Shown piece after piece: positions 18,645 through 29,173 of a stretch of 53,225 nucleotides of DNA; the first letter of the stretch is position 1, and the number at the start of each line of letters is the position of its first letter. The stretch is from positions 1 through 53,225 of the forward strand of contig JBHHUM010000008.1 of assembly GCA_046861645.1 (NCBI GenBank), written 5' to 3'. The DNA comes from Fidelibacterota bacterium (lineage in GTDB: Bacteria > Fidelibacterota > Marinisomatia > Marinisomatales > UBA2128). The position numbers and the translations under genes were made by a program. A model generated the notes under the pieces. That model did not search any database. It was not told the origin of the DNA and saw only the letters and a program-made list of their open reading frames with translations.

Positions 18645-19688
18645 CTACTCTGATTTAAGTTCATCGGGTTTTTCGAAATACTTCGCCGCTTCCTTTTCAT
18701 CAATCTCTCCCGCAGAAATAAGTTTCTTCAACGATTGCTCCATCGTAATCATACCTTGTTTCCCACTCGTCTGCAGTACTGAAGGTAGCTGAAAAGTCTT
18801 ATTCTCCCGTATCAGGTTGGCCACAGCAGGTGTCCCGATCATCACTTCAAATGCTGCTACGCGTCCTCCACTGGTCATCTTTAACAATACCTGGGATACC
18901 ACCGCTATGATAGATTCACTTAACTGAATCCGAATTTGACTTTGCTGGTTTGTGGGAAATTGATCAATAATTCTATCTAACGTTTTCGTAGCGTTGATGG
19001 TATGTAATGTCCCAAATACAAGGTGGCCTGTTTCGGCCGCAGTCACTGCCAGAGCAGTGGTTTCCAGATCACGCATTTCCCCTACAACGATCACATCGGG
19101 GTCTTCGCGTAATGCACTACGCAAGGCTTTGACAAACGAGTGGGTGTTGGTACCAATTTCCCGATGGTTTACCAGGGACCTTTTACTTTCATGTACAAAT
19201 TCAATGGGATCTTCAATCGTAATTATATGCTTGCGAAAATGGGAATTAATGTAATCTATACACGTAGTCAATGTCGTTGATTTACCACTCCCGGTGGGAC
19301 CTGTCACCAGTATCAGACCTTTTTCTTTAGTGACAATATCTTTCATTACTAAAGGTAGTTTCAATTCCTCAAAAGAAAATACCCGATTAGTAATGGCTCG
19401 CAATACAGCAGTATCACCATTCATATTCTTAAAGACATTTACACGAAAACGACCCATCGTTTGAAAATCGCAAGAGAAATCGAGCTCTAATTCTTCCTCA
19501 TACTTTTTACGTTGCTCGTCATTCATAATGTCATAAATGAGCATGTGTACCTCTTCAGGTAAAAGAGTTTTAAGCTTGGATTGTCGCATTTCTCCGTCTA
19601 TCCTGACAATAGGTGGAGAATAAGGACTTAGATGCAGATCCGACGCATCCACTTCACGCATAAAATTCAATAGCTCATAAATTTCCAT
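18645..19688 (-). CDS. pilT: Twitching motility retraction ATPase
   Basis: GPTGSGKSTT, TIEDPIE, ALREDPDVIVVGEMRD, AAETGHLVFGTLH and AVANLIRE. Confidence 0.97.
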   Translation of the reverse strand: MEIYELLNFMREVDASDLHLSPYSPPIVRIDGEMRQSKLKTLLPEEVHMLIYDIMNDEQRKKYEEELELDFSCDFQTMGRFRVNVFKNMNGDTAVLRAITNRVFSFEELKLPLVMKDIVTKEKGLILVTGPTGSGKSTTLTTCIDYINSHFRKHIITIEDPIEFVHESKRSLVNHREIGTNTHSFVKALRSALREDPDVIVVGEMRDLETTALAVTAAETGHLVFGTLHTINATKTLDRIIDQFPTNQQSQIRIQLSESIIAVVSQVLLKMTSGGRVAAFEVMIGTPAVANLIRENKTFQLPSVLQTSGKQGMITMEQSLKKLISAGEIDEKEAAKYFEKPDELKSE

Positions 19689-19700
19689 CTGGTGTCTATC

Positions 19701-21470
19701 CTAATTCAATTCAACAATATTTGGTGTGATGAATATCAACAATTCCCGCTGTTCATTTTTAACAGTTTTATCGGAAAAAAACATCTTAAGTAAGGGAATT
19801 TTGCCCAAAATTGGAACTGCTGTTTCGGTTTCAATTCTTTGATCAAATATCAGTCCTCCAATTAAAAGTGTTTCTCCATTGGGAACAGACACTTGAGTTG
19901 TCGTGGATCTCGTCGAAATAATAGGTCGATCCGCATTGGGTCCCGCAAAACCGACCAGTGCATCCACATTGGCCTGAATATTCATGGTAATATATTTTCC
20001 TTCATTGATTCGGGGTAAGATATTTAGTGTAACACTTACTTCTTCTTCCTGAAAGGTCAAAGGTTGTGTACCAAAAGCACCTCCTTCAGCTTGAGGTACT
20101 ACTATGGGATAAGTTGTACCGGAAGTTAACGTGGCTTGAGTATTATCCTGAGTCGTCGTTTGGGGTTCCTGAACAATCCGAGTATTATTATCAGTCGATA
20201 AGATATTAAGTAACGTTGTAAAAGCTGGAACACCCAAAGTGGCTATTCGCAGATCTTTAGCAATCCAACCGATATCAACCCCTTCTGAAGTCGTGGTTGC
20301 ATCTACGGCTGTGGGTCCTGATAAAGATGCCCTCATATCCCAATTAATGCCTAATTGCTCGTCAAGAGACAAAGTGGTTTCAATAAACTTCACAGCAATA
20401 TTAATTTGAGCAATGGGTTTATCCAATTTCAGGATGACTTCCTCAATCCGCTCAAAATTGTAATGTGTATCCGTCACCACCAGATGATCCATGGTCTGTC
20501 CGCCAATACCCTGTCCTGCACCACCTATACCTCCACCTAATCCTCCTGTTGTTGAAGGTTGACCACCAACAGTACTTGGGGTTACTCCTCCACCCAAAGC
20601 ACCTAAAAGTCCGCCACCTACTCCTCCTTGTCCGCCAGTAGTAGCTCCACCACCGATTCCTCCTATACCGCCACCCTTGGCAACAGGCGAAAATACCTGA
20701 ACTTTCCCTTTATCAGTGAGGACATTTGTCAGAGTCGCAGCAAGCATGGAGGCATCGATGTATTCCAATTTATAAAGTCGTGTTTCTAATTCACCTGACA
20801 TTTCCTGATCAATGGGTTTAATCACCACAATATTTTCCTGCATGAACCAGTCATATCCGTTGACCTTCAGGATAGCATCCAGAGCAGCCCCTAAACTGAC
20901 GTCATTCAAAGAGACGGTGACTCTGCCTTCCACATCTTCACCAGCGATAATGTTCAGGTTGTTCTGTACCTGTAACAATCTCAATACATCTATAATTTCT
21001 GCTTCCTTAAAATGAAGGGAAACGGTTGTCTCAAACGATGAAATGCGTCGTGCTTTTCTTCTGCGTTCGATCTCTTCCTTCTCCGGAATCCAGGAAATCC
21101 TATAGGTTAAACCATCTTCAGCTTGAATATGATAATCAGGTAACTTGGTAAAATAAAGAGTAACTTCTGTTGAATACTTCTGAGTCCCAAGCATCCTGGC
21201 CTCAATTCGGTAAAGAGGTGGAAGACTGATTGGTTTGGAATAATTAGATTGGGCAAATTCGGCATAAGGAAATAGCAATTTTATCATGGGAGGTGATTGA
21301 CTTATATTCTCCTCAAACTCAATGGGCTCCGACGTTTTAATGGTTACTCCCATCTCCTCTTCTCCCTCGTACGTTGTAATCAGTTCCACTCTTCTTTCGG
21401 AATAAAGGAGAAGCGGCAAAATTAGAAATAACGCAAAGGTAAAACTTTGGGGAATAGCTCTATCTATCAT
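19701..21470 (-). CDS. pilQ: Secretin (AMIN-like, N0/N3 and secretin domains) with a Gly-rich insertion
   Basis: SLHFKEAEI, LDKPIAQINI, LGINW, GETLLIGGL, VPILGKIP and ELLIFITP. Confidence 0.93.
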   Translation of the reverse strand: MIDRAIPQSFTFALFLILPLLLYSERRVELITTYEGEEEMGVTIKTSEPIEFEENISQSPPMIKLLFPYAEFAQSNYSKPISLPPLYRIEARMLGTQKYSTEVTLYFTKLPDYHIQAEDGLTYRISWIPEKEEIERRRKARRISSFETTVSLHFKEAEIIDVLRLLQVQNNLNIIAGEDVEGRVTVSLNDVSLGAALDAILKVNGYDWFMQENIVVIKPIDQEMSGELETRLYKLEYIDASMLAATLTNVLTDKGKVQVFSPVAKGGGIGGIGGGATTGGQGGVGGGLLGALGGGVTPSTVGGQPSTTGGLGGGIGGAGQGIGGQTMDHLVVTDTHYNFERIEEVILKLDKPIAQINIAVKFIETTLSLDEQLGINWDMRASLSGPTAVDATTTSEGVDIGWIAKDLRIATLGVPAFTTLLNILSTDNNTRIVQEPQTTTQDNTQATLTSGTTYPIVVPQAEGGAFGTQPLTFQEEEVSVTLNILPRINEGKYITMNIQANVDALVGFAGPNADRPIISTRSTTTQVSVPNGETLLIGGLIFDQRIETETAVPILGKIPLLKMFFSDKTVKNEQRELLIFITPNIVELN

Positions 21471-21972
21471 CTAATGTCAATCTCACTGTTTGAGATCCTT
21501 GTTTGAGGATGACATGATTGATAGCAATTTTTTCTACTCTATAGCCTCCGATGACATCATCCAACTGTACGATTTGTCCATTGATTATGGCATAACCAGA
21601 ATTTCCATGCCAGGATATCCCCGTCAGTGTTAAACTGCTGATATTAGCAGCCTCACTCACGGTACCAAAAATATCATCGAGCAGACCTCCTTTAGATTTA
21701 CTCTCTAGTGACTCTGGGGAAACATAGAAAAAGGGATCGTCTTCCCAATCCTTTTCCCAGTTAATCTCCACTACCGAGGCCAGATTAATTATGCGGTGAA
21801 TATCATCAAGCTCGGAGACATTTTCATCGCCTGTAATTACTTTCGTTAAATTTTTACTTTGTTTTACTACGCTACCGTTTGAGAGCATGCCAGAATCAAT
21901 GACGTAATAAATCAATAGAACCACTAGAACACCAGAGAGTATTAACTGGCGGGGGTTAGCTACTTTCTTCAT
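21460..21972 (-). CDS. PilP/MshK-like accessory protein
   Basis: N-terminal TM, DPF motif and LTGI...AIINGQIVQLDDVIGGYRVEKI. Lies between pilO and pilQ. Confidence 0.75.
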   Translation of the reverse strand: MKKVANPRQLILSGVLVVLLIYYVIDSGMLSNGSVVKQSKNLTKVITGDENVSELDDIHRIINLASVVEINWEKDWEDDPFFYVSPESLESKSKGGLLDDIFGTVSEAANISSLTLTGISWHGNSGYAIINGQIVQLDDVIGGYRVEKIAINHVILKQGSQTVRLTLDDR

Positions 21973-22547
21973 GCTTTTTTACTCTCGTCAATAAATATGT
22001 AGGCAAATAGAACTATATCAGAAGAGAGGATTTCGCTATCATTTAATTCTGTCTCAATTAGAATGCTATAGATATTGACCGTCTTTTCTAATTGTAGCAA
22101 TTCCTCCAGGAAAGATCCAATAGTCATGAAATTCCCATAAATCCTTAATTGAATAGGACGACGTTCAATATGCTTCTTGGTAAAAGTTAATTTTGTTTTT
22201 AAGGCCGGAAAGGAATCATCTAATTCGGGATGAAATGATTCAATATTAATGGCCTGTTTGTTGGCCGTACTGCGGATTGCTTCCAATACTTCAGCATAGG
22301 CATCAAAGGTGGGTATAAAGGCCTTTAAAGAGTCAAAACCAACAATTTGCTCCGCATGCTTTTCCTTTACGTCTTCATAGCTCTCTTCAATTTTAGCTAG
22401 CATAATAAAATTATTATCAATACTGGTCAGGTTTTTCTCTAATCTTTTTATTTCTGTGCCATTCTCCACAACATCAGCATAAACCCACCAAACAGTGGAT
22501 ATAACCAGCATTGAAACCAGGGCATAGAAAATCAGACGATCATGCAT
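21969..22547 (-). CDS. pilO: PilO-family protein
   Basis: N-terminal TM, coiled coil and PIQLRIYGNFMTIGSFLEEL. Gene position supports the call. Confidence 0.85.
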   Translation of the reverse strand: MHDRLIFYALVSMLVISTVWWVYADVVENGTEIKRLEKNLTSIDNNFIMLAKIEESYEDVKEKHAEQIVGFDSLKAFIPTFDAYAEVLEAIRSTANKQAINIESFHPELDDSFPALKTKLTFTKKHIERRPIQLRIYGNFMTIGSFLEELLQLEKTVNIYSILIETELNDSEILSSDIVLFAYIFIDESKKA

Positions 22548-22553
22548 GAGCTA

Positions 22554-24908
22554 TTAATACTCCATATTTACGGAAAAAAATAATTTCCCTGCGGTTGATT
22601 TACTGGTTTCATCGAGCTGTAAATGTATGCTGGAAAACAGATTAGATTGTTCAAGGGTCATAATAAAATTTGTTAAATGAATATCGGAGACTGACGCATC
22701 AGCCTGAACAAAACCACTTACTTCTAAAGCAGGCAAAAAGTATTCTGAACTCTTTCCGCTTTCATCTTTCCCAGCCTCTATAGCTACTTTTTTAAAATTG
22801 ACTTTAGTCAATTTTATGTCCTTAGGAACGATGTTGGAAAGCAATTTCAGTATTTTAATTTGATTGTTGGAGTGAATGCGGTCATTCTCTAAAAACGACT
22901 GATAACCACTTAAGATGTCAATGTCTGTCATCAGACCAATATATTCTTGGGCTTGAACAGATAACTTATCCCATTGACTGCCTCGTGTTTTTATCTGTTC
23001 TCGTAAGCTGTCTATTTCCAATCCTGAGAAGTAGGTAGTAACTACGTAAATGGGAATTAATAAAGCAACCAGCACAGCTGCCACTTTGTAAAGAAACAAA
23101 TACCGGTAATTCGTCTTGAGGTTCTTGGGTAATATGTTTATTTTTTCCGCTTCTTCCGAAGCTAAGGCAAAATTTACAGTATAAAGGGGCATCTGGCTGT
23201 TCTGTAAAACATGATTATCTTTGAAATGATACAACCCTTTCCGCATGGGATTGAGCAGTCCAACCTTAACATTCAAATTTTCCCCAAGAGAGGTAACCAA
23301 ATTGGGGAAAGTGGCACATACCCCATCAAATAGTACTTCATTCCACTCCAGATCAGGCATCTGCTTTGTAAAATATTTCATGGAGCGATTCAGTTCGCTG
23401 GTAAGTCGTTCAATAGCTGGACGTAAAAATATGGACAATTTGTAGAGACTGATATGTGACTTACTTGTCACTCCCTGGGTATCCTCAGGAATACCGTAAT
23501 AGGCTAATAATTCTCTGGCTAAGGGGTAATCAATTTTGAACGTCTGATCTTCAGTAACCACTTTTTGCATAGCCGCCTTATAAAAATCTTCTGATCCAAA
23601 AAGAATTTCCCGAGTAAAGAGTAATTGCTGATTTTTCACAAGAATGACCGTCGTTTTGCTTTCTCCAAGATGTACCAAAATATAGCTGCCTCTCTTGCGC
23701 TCTGGATAATTACGTACAAATAATTTCCACATTAAAACTGGAAGTGTGGAGATCAGTCTCGGCTTCAGCTTGGATTCTTTAAAATATCCTACAACTTCCT
23801 CAACTGAATTTTCCTCGGAAATACCAATAACTATGTTATGTTTTCCACCCCCATTTAAAGTCTCTTTGCTGACTTCATAATCGATGATAGCTTGATCAGG
23901 ACTAAAAGGAATGTTTTTCTTGGCGTTCCATTCGATTAAATCTGATAACTCTTTCTTACTTAACGAGGGTGCTTGTAAAACGTGGGTTTTAGTCTCTATA
24001 TGAGAAGAATAATAGGTTCCGTAAGCATACTTAATATCTTTGACATTCAATTCATTATTTATAATATATTTGAGTAACTCAGTGTTATCCTCTATCTCAT
24101 TTTCTTCAGTTTTGTAGGGAAGTGTATACTCTTTTACTTTTTCTATCTCAGTTTTTTTGAAGCCAGATTTAATCTGTAATAATTTGATACTTTTTTCACT
24201 AGAGTTGATGGTAACTCGCCTTCTGGATTCATTAAATAAATGAAATAGAGAGCGTAAATAGTCTTGAAAAACAGGTTTTTGTTTTTGGATAGAAATTGTG
24301 GAGAGTAAAGATGAATCGAATTCTTTGGGAAGAACTTCCTTTTCTTTTTTAGGTTCAGGTTTTTTTTCAGGTTTCTGGATTTGATCCAGCAAGTTCGACG
24401 ATCCCGGAAGGGTGGATTTCTGAGCCTCTACCTGGGTTGAGGTTGTCTCAACGACATTAGGTTTGATAACAGGGGATGGTTGTTCTTTGGGTATTTCTAC
24501 CTGGGTTTTTTGACTCTCCTTTTTTTCCTCTTGAGTGGAAACACCGGATTTGATTTTATCTAATGTTTTTAAAAGATCCTGGGGTGTGATCTCCTCATCA
24601 ACTGGGGTAGTTTCCACCGCTACATCACTATCCCCTTCGCCTCCCTTTTTATCATCATCACTGGTCGGTTCATCGCCAGGTCCAATAGAAGTAGCTTCTT
24701 CCTGTAGCGGAGTTTCCTGTTCAACTGGAGTTTCCTCCTCAACTGCTAACTGATCTTCTAAAGTTTCGTCCTCAGGTTCAGTCTCTCCTTCAGTAGCCTC
24801 CTTTTCCTGTACAGGTTCCTCTTCTTCTACAGTCTCTCCCACGCGTTGAGAACGTAGTATATCAAGGAGTCGGTTGGTCGCTAACTTTCTGTCTTTATCT
24901 TCAGACAT
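22554..24908 (-). CDS. pilM: PilM-PilN fusion with a long acidic disordered N-terminus
   Basis: Actin-like PilM motifs (IPFSPDQAIIDY, VHLGESKT, ELNRSMKYF), followed by PilN motifs INILP, a TM helix, VPKDIKLT and F...LEQS.LF. Confidence 0.85.
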   Translation of the reverse strand: MSEDKDRKLATNRLLDILRSQRVGETVEEEEPVQEKEATEGETEPEDETLEDQLAVEEETPVEQETPLQEEATSIGPGDEPTSDDDKKGGEGDSDVAVETTPVDEEITPQDLLKTLDKIKSGVSTQEEKKESQKTQVEIPKEQPSPVIKPNVVETTSTQVEAQKSTLPGSSNLLDQIQKPEKKPEPKKEKEVLPKEFDSSLLSTISIQKQKPVFQDYLRSLFHLFNESRRRVTINSSEKSIKLLQIKSGFKKTEIEKVKEYTLPYKTEENEIEDNTELLKYIINNELNVKDIKYAYGTYYSSHIETKTHVLQAPSLSKKELSDLIEWNAKKNIPFSPDQAIIDYEVSKETLNGGGKHNIVIGISEENSVEEVVGYFKESKLKPRLISTLPVLMWKLFVRNYPERKRGSYILVHLGESKTTVILVKNQQLLFTREILFGSEDFYKAAMQKVVTEDQTFKIDYPLARELLAYYGIPEDTQGVTSKSHISLYKLSIFLRPAIERLTSELNRSMKYFTKQMPDLEWNEVLFDGVCATFPNLVTSLGENLNVKVGLLNPMRKGLYHFKDNHVLQNSQMPLYTVNFALASEEAEKINILPKNLKTNYRYLFLYKVAAVLVALLIPIYVVTTYFSGLEIDSLREQIKTRGSQWDKLSVQAQEYIGLMTDIDILSGYQSFLENDRIHSNNQIKILKLLSNIVPKDIKLTKVNFKKVAIEAGKDESGKSSEYFLPALEVSGFVQADASVSDIHLTNFIMTLEQSNLFSSIHLQLDETSKSTAGKLFFSVNMEY

Positions 24909-25728
24909 TGAGTGGATTTGATGATTTCATAAAATCGAAAACATCATCATTGGAGATCTTCTCCTTCTGTTTTAGCAGCATTTCAATTATTAATTGATGA
25001 CACATTCTTACAATCTTGCGAGGATAACCTTTTGTCTCTTCATGGATCAGGTCGATAGCTCTATCACTGAAAATCTCTTCACCCTTCAACAACCCTGCAA
25101 CTTCCAGACGGTGAGTGATAAATCCTTTGGTATCTTCCACATCGAGAGGGTTTATTTCATATCCAAACGCTATGCGATCCTTGAAATTTTCGTGCTTATT
25201 AAGTAACTCTTTAATTTCATGCTGAGCGAAAATAATGACCTGGATCAGCTTAGAATCATTCGTTTCAAAATTCAGAAGCATACGTATTATTTCGAGTTGG
25301 TTAGGACCCATTTTCTGTCCTTCATCAATTATCAATACATTACTGCGCTTGGAATGCACTGCGGAATCAATTAAATAGTGTTCGATTCTATCCATCATTT
25401 CACTATGTTGCAGTGCTTTACCCTTTATTTCAAACATCTTGGAAAGGTACCCTAAAAATTCATGATTATCCTCCCAGGTAGGATCCAGAATCAGGTGAAA
25501 TTTGTAATTTTCACCGAATTCTACAAATCTACCCAACAAAAGTCTGGATAACATAGTTTTACCGGTCCCGATACCTCCAATGACAACATTCAAGCCTCGA
25601 TTCAGACGTAATGAGATTTCTAACCTATCCAGGCACTCTCCGTGACTTTTGGATTGAAAAAAGAACTCTGGATCGGGAGCCATGGAAAATGGCTCCTTGT
25701 TTAGACCAAGTAATTCAAAGTAATTCAT
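24901..25728 (-). CDS. ExeA/GspA/MshM-like AAA ATPase
   Basis: GLNKEPFSMAPDPEFFF, GGIGTGKT, IIDEGQ, LLNFET and GYPR. No TM or PG-binding tail. Confidence 0.9.
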   Translation of the reverse strand: MNYFELLGLNKEPFSMAPDPEFFFQSKSHGECLDRLEISLRLNRGLNVVIGGIGTGKTMLSRLLLGRFVEFGENYKFHLILDPTWEDNHEFLGYLSKMFEIKGKALQHSEMMDRIEHYLIDSAVHSKRSNVLIIDEGQKMGPNQLEIIRMLLNFETNDSKLIQVIIFAQHEIKELLNKHENFKDRIAFGYEINPLDVEDTKGFITHRLEVAGLLKGEEIFSDRAIDLIHEETKGYPRKIVRMCHQLIIEMLLKQKEKISNDDVFDFMKSSNPLNV

Positions 25729-26321
25729 GGCCTATTAATATAGTTATTTATAGAGGAGGATAAAATATTTTCTAGCGTGCTAATATTAATAGGTTTCACT
25801 ATAATTTCAGTTACACCCAATTTATGAAGTGTTTCATTCATTAACTCGTCAACTTTATTCAAGATTACTACTAAATGGGTATTTATTTCCGGATTGGAGT
25901 GTATTTTCTTAATCAATTCTATTCCTGTCATCCCGCTACCATTGATGTCTAAAAGAGTTAATCTAGGTTTGGACTGGATAATTCTATAATATCCATCAAA
26001 TTCATCCCGACATTCTGCAATTACTTCGTTATTCCCCAACTGCTCGATCATTTGTCTTAACAATTGATTATGATATATATCATCGTCTACCACCAGGATG
26101 TCAATACCCTTTTCATAATCCGAAAATAAATTATCTTCTACAGGAAAATGATTACGGATCAGAAAATCTTTGAAATCCTGAATGGTGATACGAAAATGGC
26201 CCGAAGGTGTCTTAAATGCCCGGAGATTCTCAAGTTTAATCCAGTTTTTAACGGTATTAATATCTACCTCGCAATACCGGGCGATGTCTCCTGTAGTTAA
26301 ATATTTTTTTCTTCGAATCAT
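25725..26321 (-). CDS. Excisionase/MerR-like HTH plus receiver response regulator, first gene of the pilus operon
   Basis: YLTTGDIARYCEVDINTVKNWI...KTPSGHFRI, then VVDDD, LLD and KP. Confidence 0.9.
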   Translation of the reverse strand: MIRRKKYLTTGDIARYCEVDINTVKNWIKLENLRAFKTPSGHFRITIQDFKDFLIRNHFPVEDNLFSDYEKGIDILVVDDDIYHNQLLRQMIEQLGNNEVIAECRDEFDGYYRIIQSKPRLTLLDINGSGMTGIELIKKIHSNPEINTHLVVILNKVDELMNETLHKLGVTEIIVKPINISTLENILSSSINNYINRP

Positions 26322-26666
26322 CTTATTTCATTAAATATTAGATCAGGTCAAGATGGTATTAACGATATTCACAATATTCCCGCTTTGCCTAATTTTACCA
26401 CTTAAGAGAGTAAACTATCAATGATTTTCTAATATTCACTTTTTTTACTCTCAGACGAAGTTGATTGACATGGCCAGGACCTTCCTTTCAGGAGGGGACG
26501 TCAACATGCGAAAAACAAAAGAATTACCTGGAAATCCTTTGAACAGGAAATATGGGGAAGTCTTTTACCAATGAGAATTCTACCGACTTCATTTGAATTC
26601 AAGTTTCAAAGGTCATTAGAATTTAAATGTAAACTAACGTTACGAACCGGTACTAAATCTTAACAA

Positions 26667-28430
26667 CTACAACCACTCTTTCATTTTTGCCAGGAGTCGC
26701 TCTTGCTTAATCGGTTTGGCCAAGTAATCATTGCACCCTGAGGATAAACAGTTATCCCTATCTGAGGTAAAAGCGTGAGCGGTAGTGGCAATGACCGGTG
26801 TACTCTGCCAGCTATCAGTTTTACGCATCCAACGCACCAGGTCAAGTCCGTCTTCATCACCTACTAAGGATAAATCCAATAAAACTAATTCAACCGGTTT
26901 TTCGCTTAATCTCTCTTTAGCTTCCTTTACCGTGGTAGCGAATATTGTATCACATTCATTCTTAAGATAAAAGTGAACTAATTGCTGAGAACCCATATCA
27001 TCTTCAACTACCAGAACTGTAGGTTTCTTTTCTAATTTTTTTGCTGGTACTGGAGGTTTCTCGAGTATAGGCTCCTCCATTTTTGATGGTTCGCCTGTTT
27101 TCGCTTTAGGAAAAGTTAATGTAAATGTTGAACCGACTCCCTGCTCACTCTCTACTGCAATGGCTGTGTTACATAACTCCAAATATTGCTTGGTTAAGGC
27201 TAACCCTAAGCCTACACCCTGGAACTTCTTCGTATAACCTGAACTCTCCTGCGAAAACTCTTCAAATATTCTGTCTTGATAATCTTTAGACATTCCAATT
27301 CCTGTATCCTGTACCCCCAGGATGATATGTCCATTCTGTTCAGATAGCTGCACATCGATTTTACCTTCTTTAGTATATTTTATAGCATTATCCAGGATGT
27401 TTGATAAAGCTCTATCAACACAATATTCATCTGCTTTTATCAATCCATCAGTTACGTTTGAGGCAAAAGAAACTTCAATTCCCTTATCCTTTGCTGAGAG
27501 TTTAAATTGGTTTACCAACTGCTCTGTCATCTCAATCAGGTTCAAATATTTCGGCTTCAAATTAAATACTCCCGCTTCAATTTGAGAGATATCGAGAATT
27601 TCGTGGATGGTACGGGTTAAGCGTTCACCACTGGTCCGAATAGTATCAAAAAAGGATTGCTCTTCTTCACCAACAAGATGACCTAATTTATGCTCTAACA
27701 GTTCGGTAAATCCCAGCATAGCATTGAGGGGAGTTCGGATTTCATGGGACATGTTAGCTAAAAATAACGATTTTATCTTTTCTCCTTCTTTCGCTTTCTC
27801 CAGAGCTTCTTCCAGCTCTTTACGATATTTGACTCTTTCTGTAATATCATGTACAATACCTTGATACTGTTCTTTTCCATTTGAATCTTTGATTAAAATT
27901 GTAGATAACAAACAGTCAACTTCAGTCTTATCCTTCTTTAACAACTGAACTTCAAAATCTATTACAAAACCATCTTTATCCATTAGTTCAATAAATCTTT
28001 TTCGGTCCTGGATATTGACGTATAATTCTTCAGTTTTTATTCTTTGTAATTCCTCACGGGAATAACCGAATAGATCCAAACCAGCTTGATTAATATCCAA
28101 CAGTTTCCCATCTGGTCGAGATATGTATATTGCGTCCCTGGATTCCTCAAATAGTGTTCGGAATTTCTCTTCGCTTTTTCGCAGGGATTCTTCAGCCATC
28201 TTTCGCTCATCAATATGATATAATAATGGGTGAAATAGAAAGAAATAGAGAACAGGAAAAAGTAGAACTGTAAGTGTTATTGCGTCAAACATACTGACAA
28301 AAAACTCAACCGAACCATACACAAGATGAATGACCAACATAATGAAGGCTTCAATCAAAAACACAGAAGTACCTATGATTATTAAGATGTAAAATGGTGA
28401 AAGTTGGATCGCTTTTTCTTTCTTTTTCAT
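26667..28430 (-). CDS. Hybrid histidine kinase (2 TM, PAS, HisKA, HATPase, REC)
   Basis: FLANMSHEIRTPLN, NILDNAIKYT, VVEDD and LLDLSL. ATG 28430 is preferred over TTG 28436. Confidence 0.95.
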   Translation of the reverse strand: MKKKEKAIQLSPFYILIIIGTSVFLIEAFIMLVIHLVYGSVEFFVSMFDAITLTVLLFPVLYFFLFHPLLYHIDERKMAEESLRKSEEKFRTLFEESRDAIYISRPDGKLLDINQAGLDLFGYSREELQRIKTEELYVNIQDRKRFIELMDKDGFVIDFEVQLLKKDKTEVDCLLSTILIKDSNGKEQYQGIVHDITERVKYRKELEEALEKAKEGEKIKSLFLANMSHEIRTPLNAMLGFTELLEHKLGHLVGEEEQSFFDTIRTSGERLTRTIHEILDISQIEAGVFNLKPKYLNLIEMTEQLVNQFKLSAKDKGIEVSFASNVTDGLIKADEYCVDRALSNILDNAIKYTKEGKIDVQLSEQNGHIILGVQDTGIGMSKDYQDRIFEEFSQESSGYTKKFQGVGLGLALTKQYLELCNTAIAVESEQGVGSTFTLTFPKAKTGEPSKMEEPILEKPPVPAKKLEKKPTVLVVEDDMGSQQLVHFYLKNECDTIFATTVKEAKERLSEKPVELVLLDLSLVGDEDGLDLVRWMRKTDSWQSTPVIATTAHAFTSDRDNCLSSGCNDYLAKPIKQERLLAKMKEWL

Positions 28431-28652
28431 TTTCAACCTGCACTTAGAAGAGATAATAGTAACGATCTTAATTTCATTTATTTCTAAGTAATGTCTCCTC
28501 TCATGTTTTTCTACCTCTTAGATAGAAAACTAATCTTGAGTGTCTTATTCAGACTACACAACAACTTTTTACTATAGATACAACATTGATTGTGTACTTG
28601 CACAAGCTCAAGTCCTTTGATAATTCGATGTAAAAAACAGGTCAAAAACATG

Positions 28653-29033
28653 TTACAATTCAATTTTAGGTAGCCCAGTCACTTCATGAATTGCTGGAAC
28701 TAACTCTTTATAGATTGTCTTTTTTAGTTCAAATCTATCCGCACCACTACTACAAGCAGCTTTTCTGTACTCATCCAGATTATAAACCGTTAAGACAATC
28801 ACTTTAAGATCCGGCAGTTTCTCCTTCAAAATCTTTGTTGCTTGTATTCCATCCAAAATTGGCATACGGACATCCATCAGCACAAGATCAGGTTCAAGTT
28901 TACAGGCGTAGTAAATGGCTTCTTTACCTGTCGATGCTTCACCGATCACGCTAATAGAAGGATCAACCTCCAGCAGATCCCTCACCCTCTTGCGGAAAAC
29001 TTCATTATCATCTGCAATTAATATTCTAATCAT
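28653..29033 (-). CDS. Stand-alone NarL-type receiver protein (no HTH)
   Basis: LIADD, MDVRMP, DGIQAT and LT. Only 126 aa. Confidence 0.9.
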   Translation of the reverse strand: MIRILIADDNEVFRKRVRDLLEVDPSISVIGEASTGKEAIYYACKLEPDLVLMDVRMPILDGIQATKILKEKLPDLKVIVLTVYNLDEYRKAACSSGADRFELKKTIYKELVPAIHEVTGLPKIEL

Positions 29034-29173
29034 GGGTAAGTCATGTATGTGAGATGGTACTAACTTCTATAACCCTTAAATACATGTTATCCCTTAATAA
29101 CGGCTTTGACAATAGCAGGAATTGTGATTTTTCTAAATATAACAGGTGATTTTTAGAGAAAAAAAGGTGTGTA

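Noticed and set aside
26464..26506. Hairpin upstream of the pilus operon, considered as a c-di-GMP riboswitch
   Set aside because: It lacks the conserved GEMM elements, and the stem pairs better on the non-coding strand.
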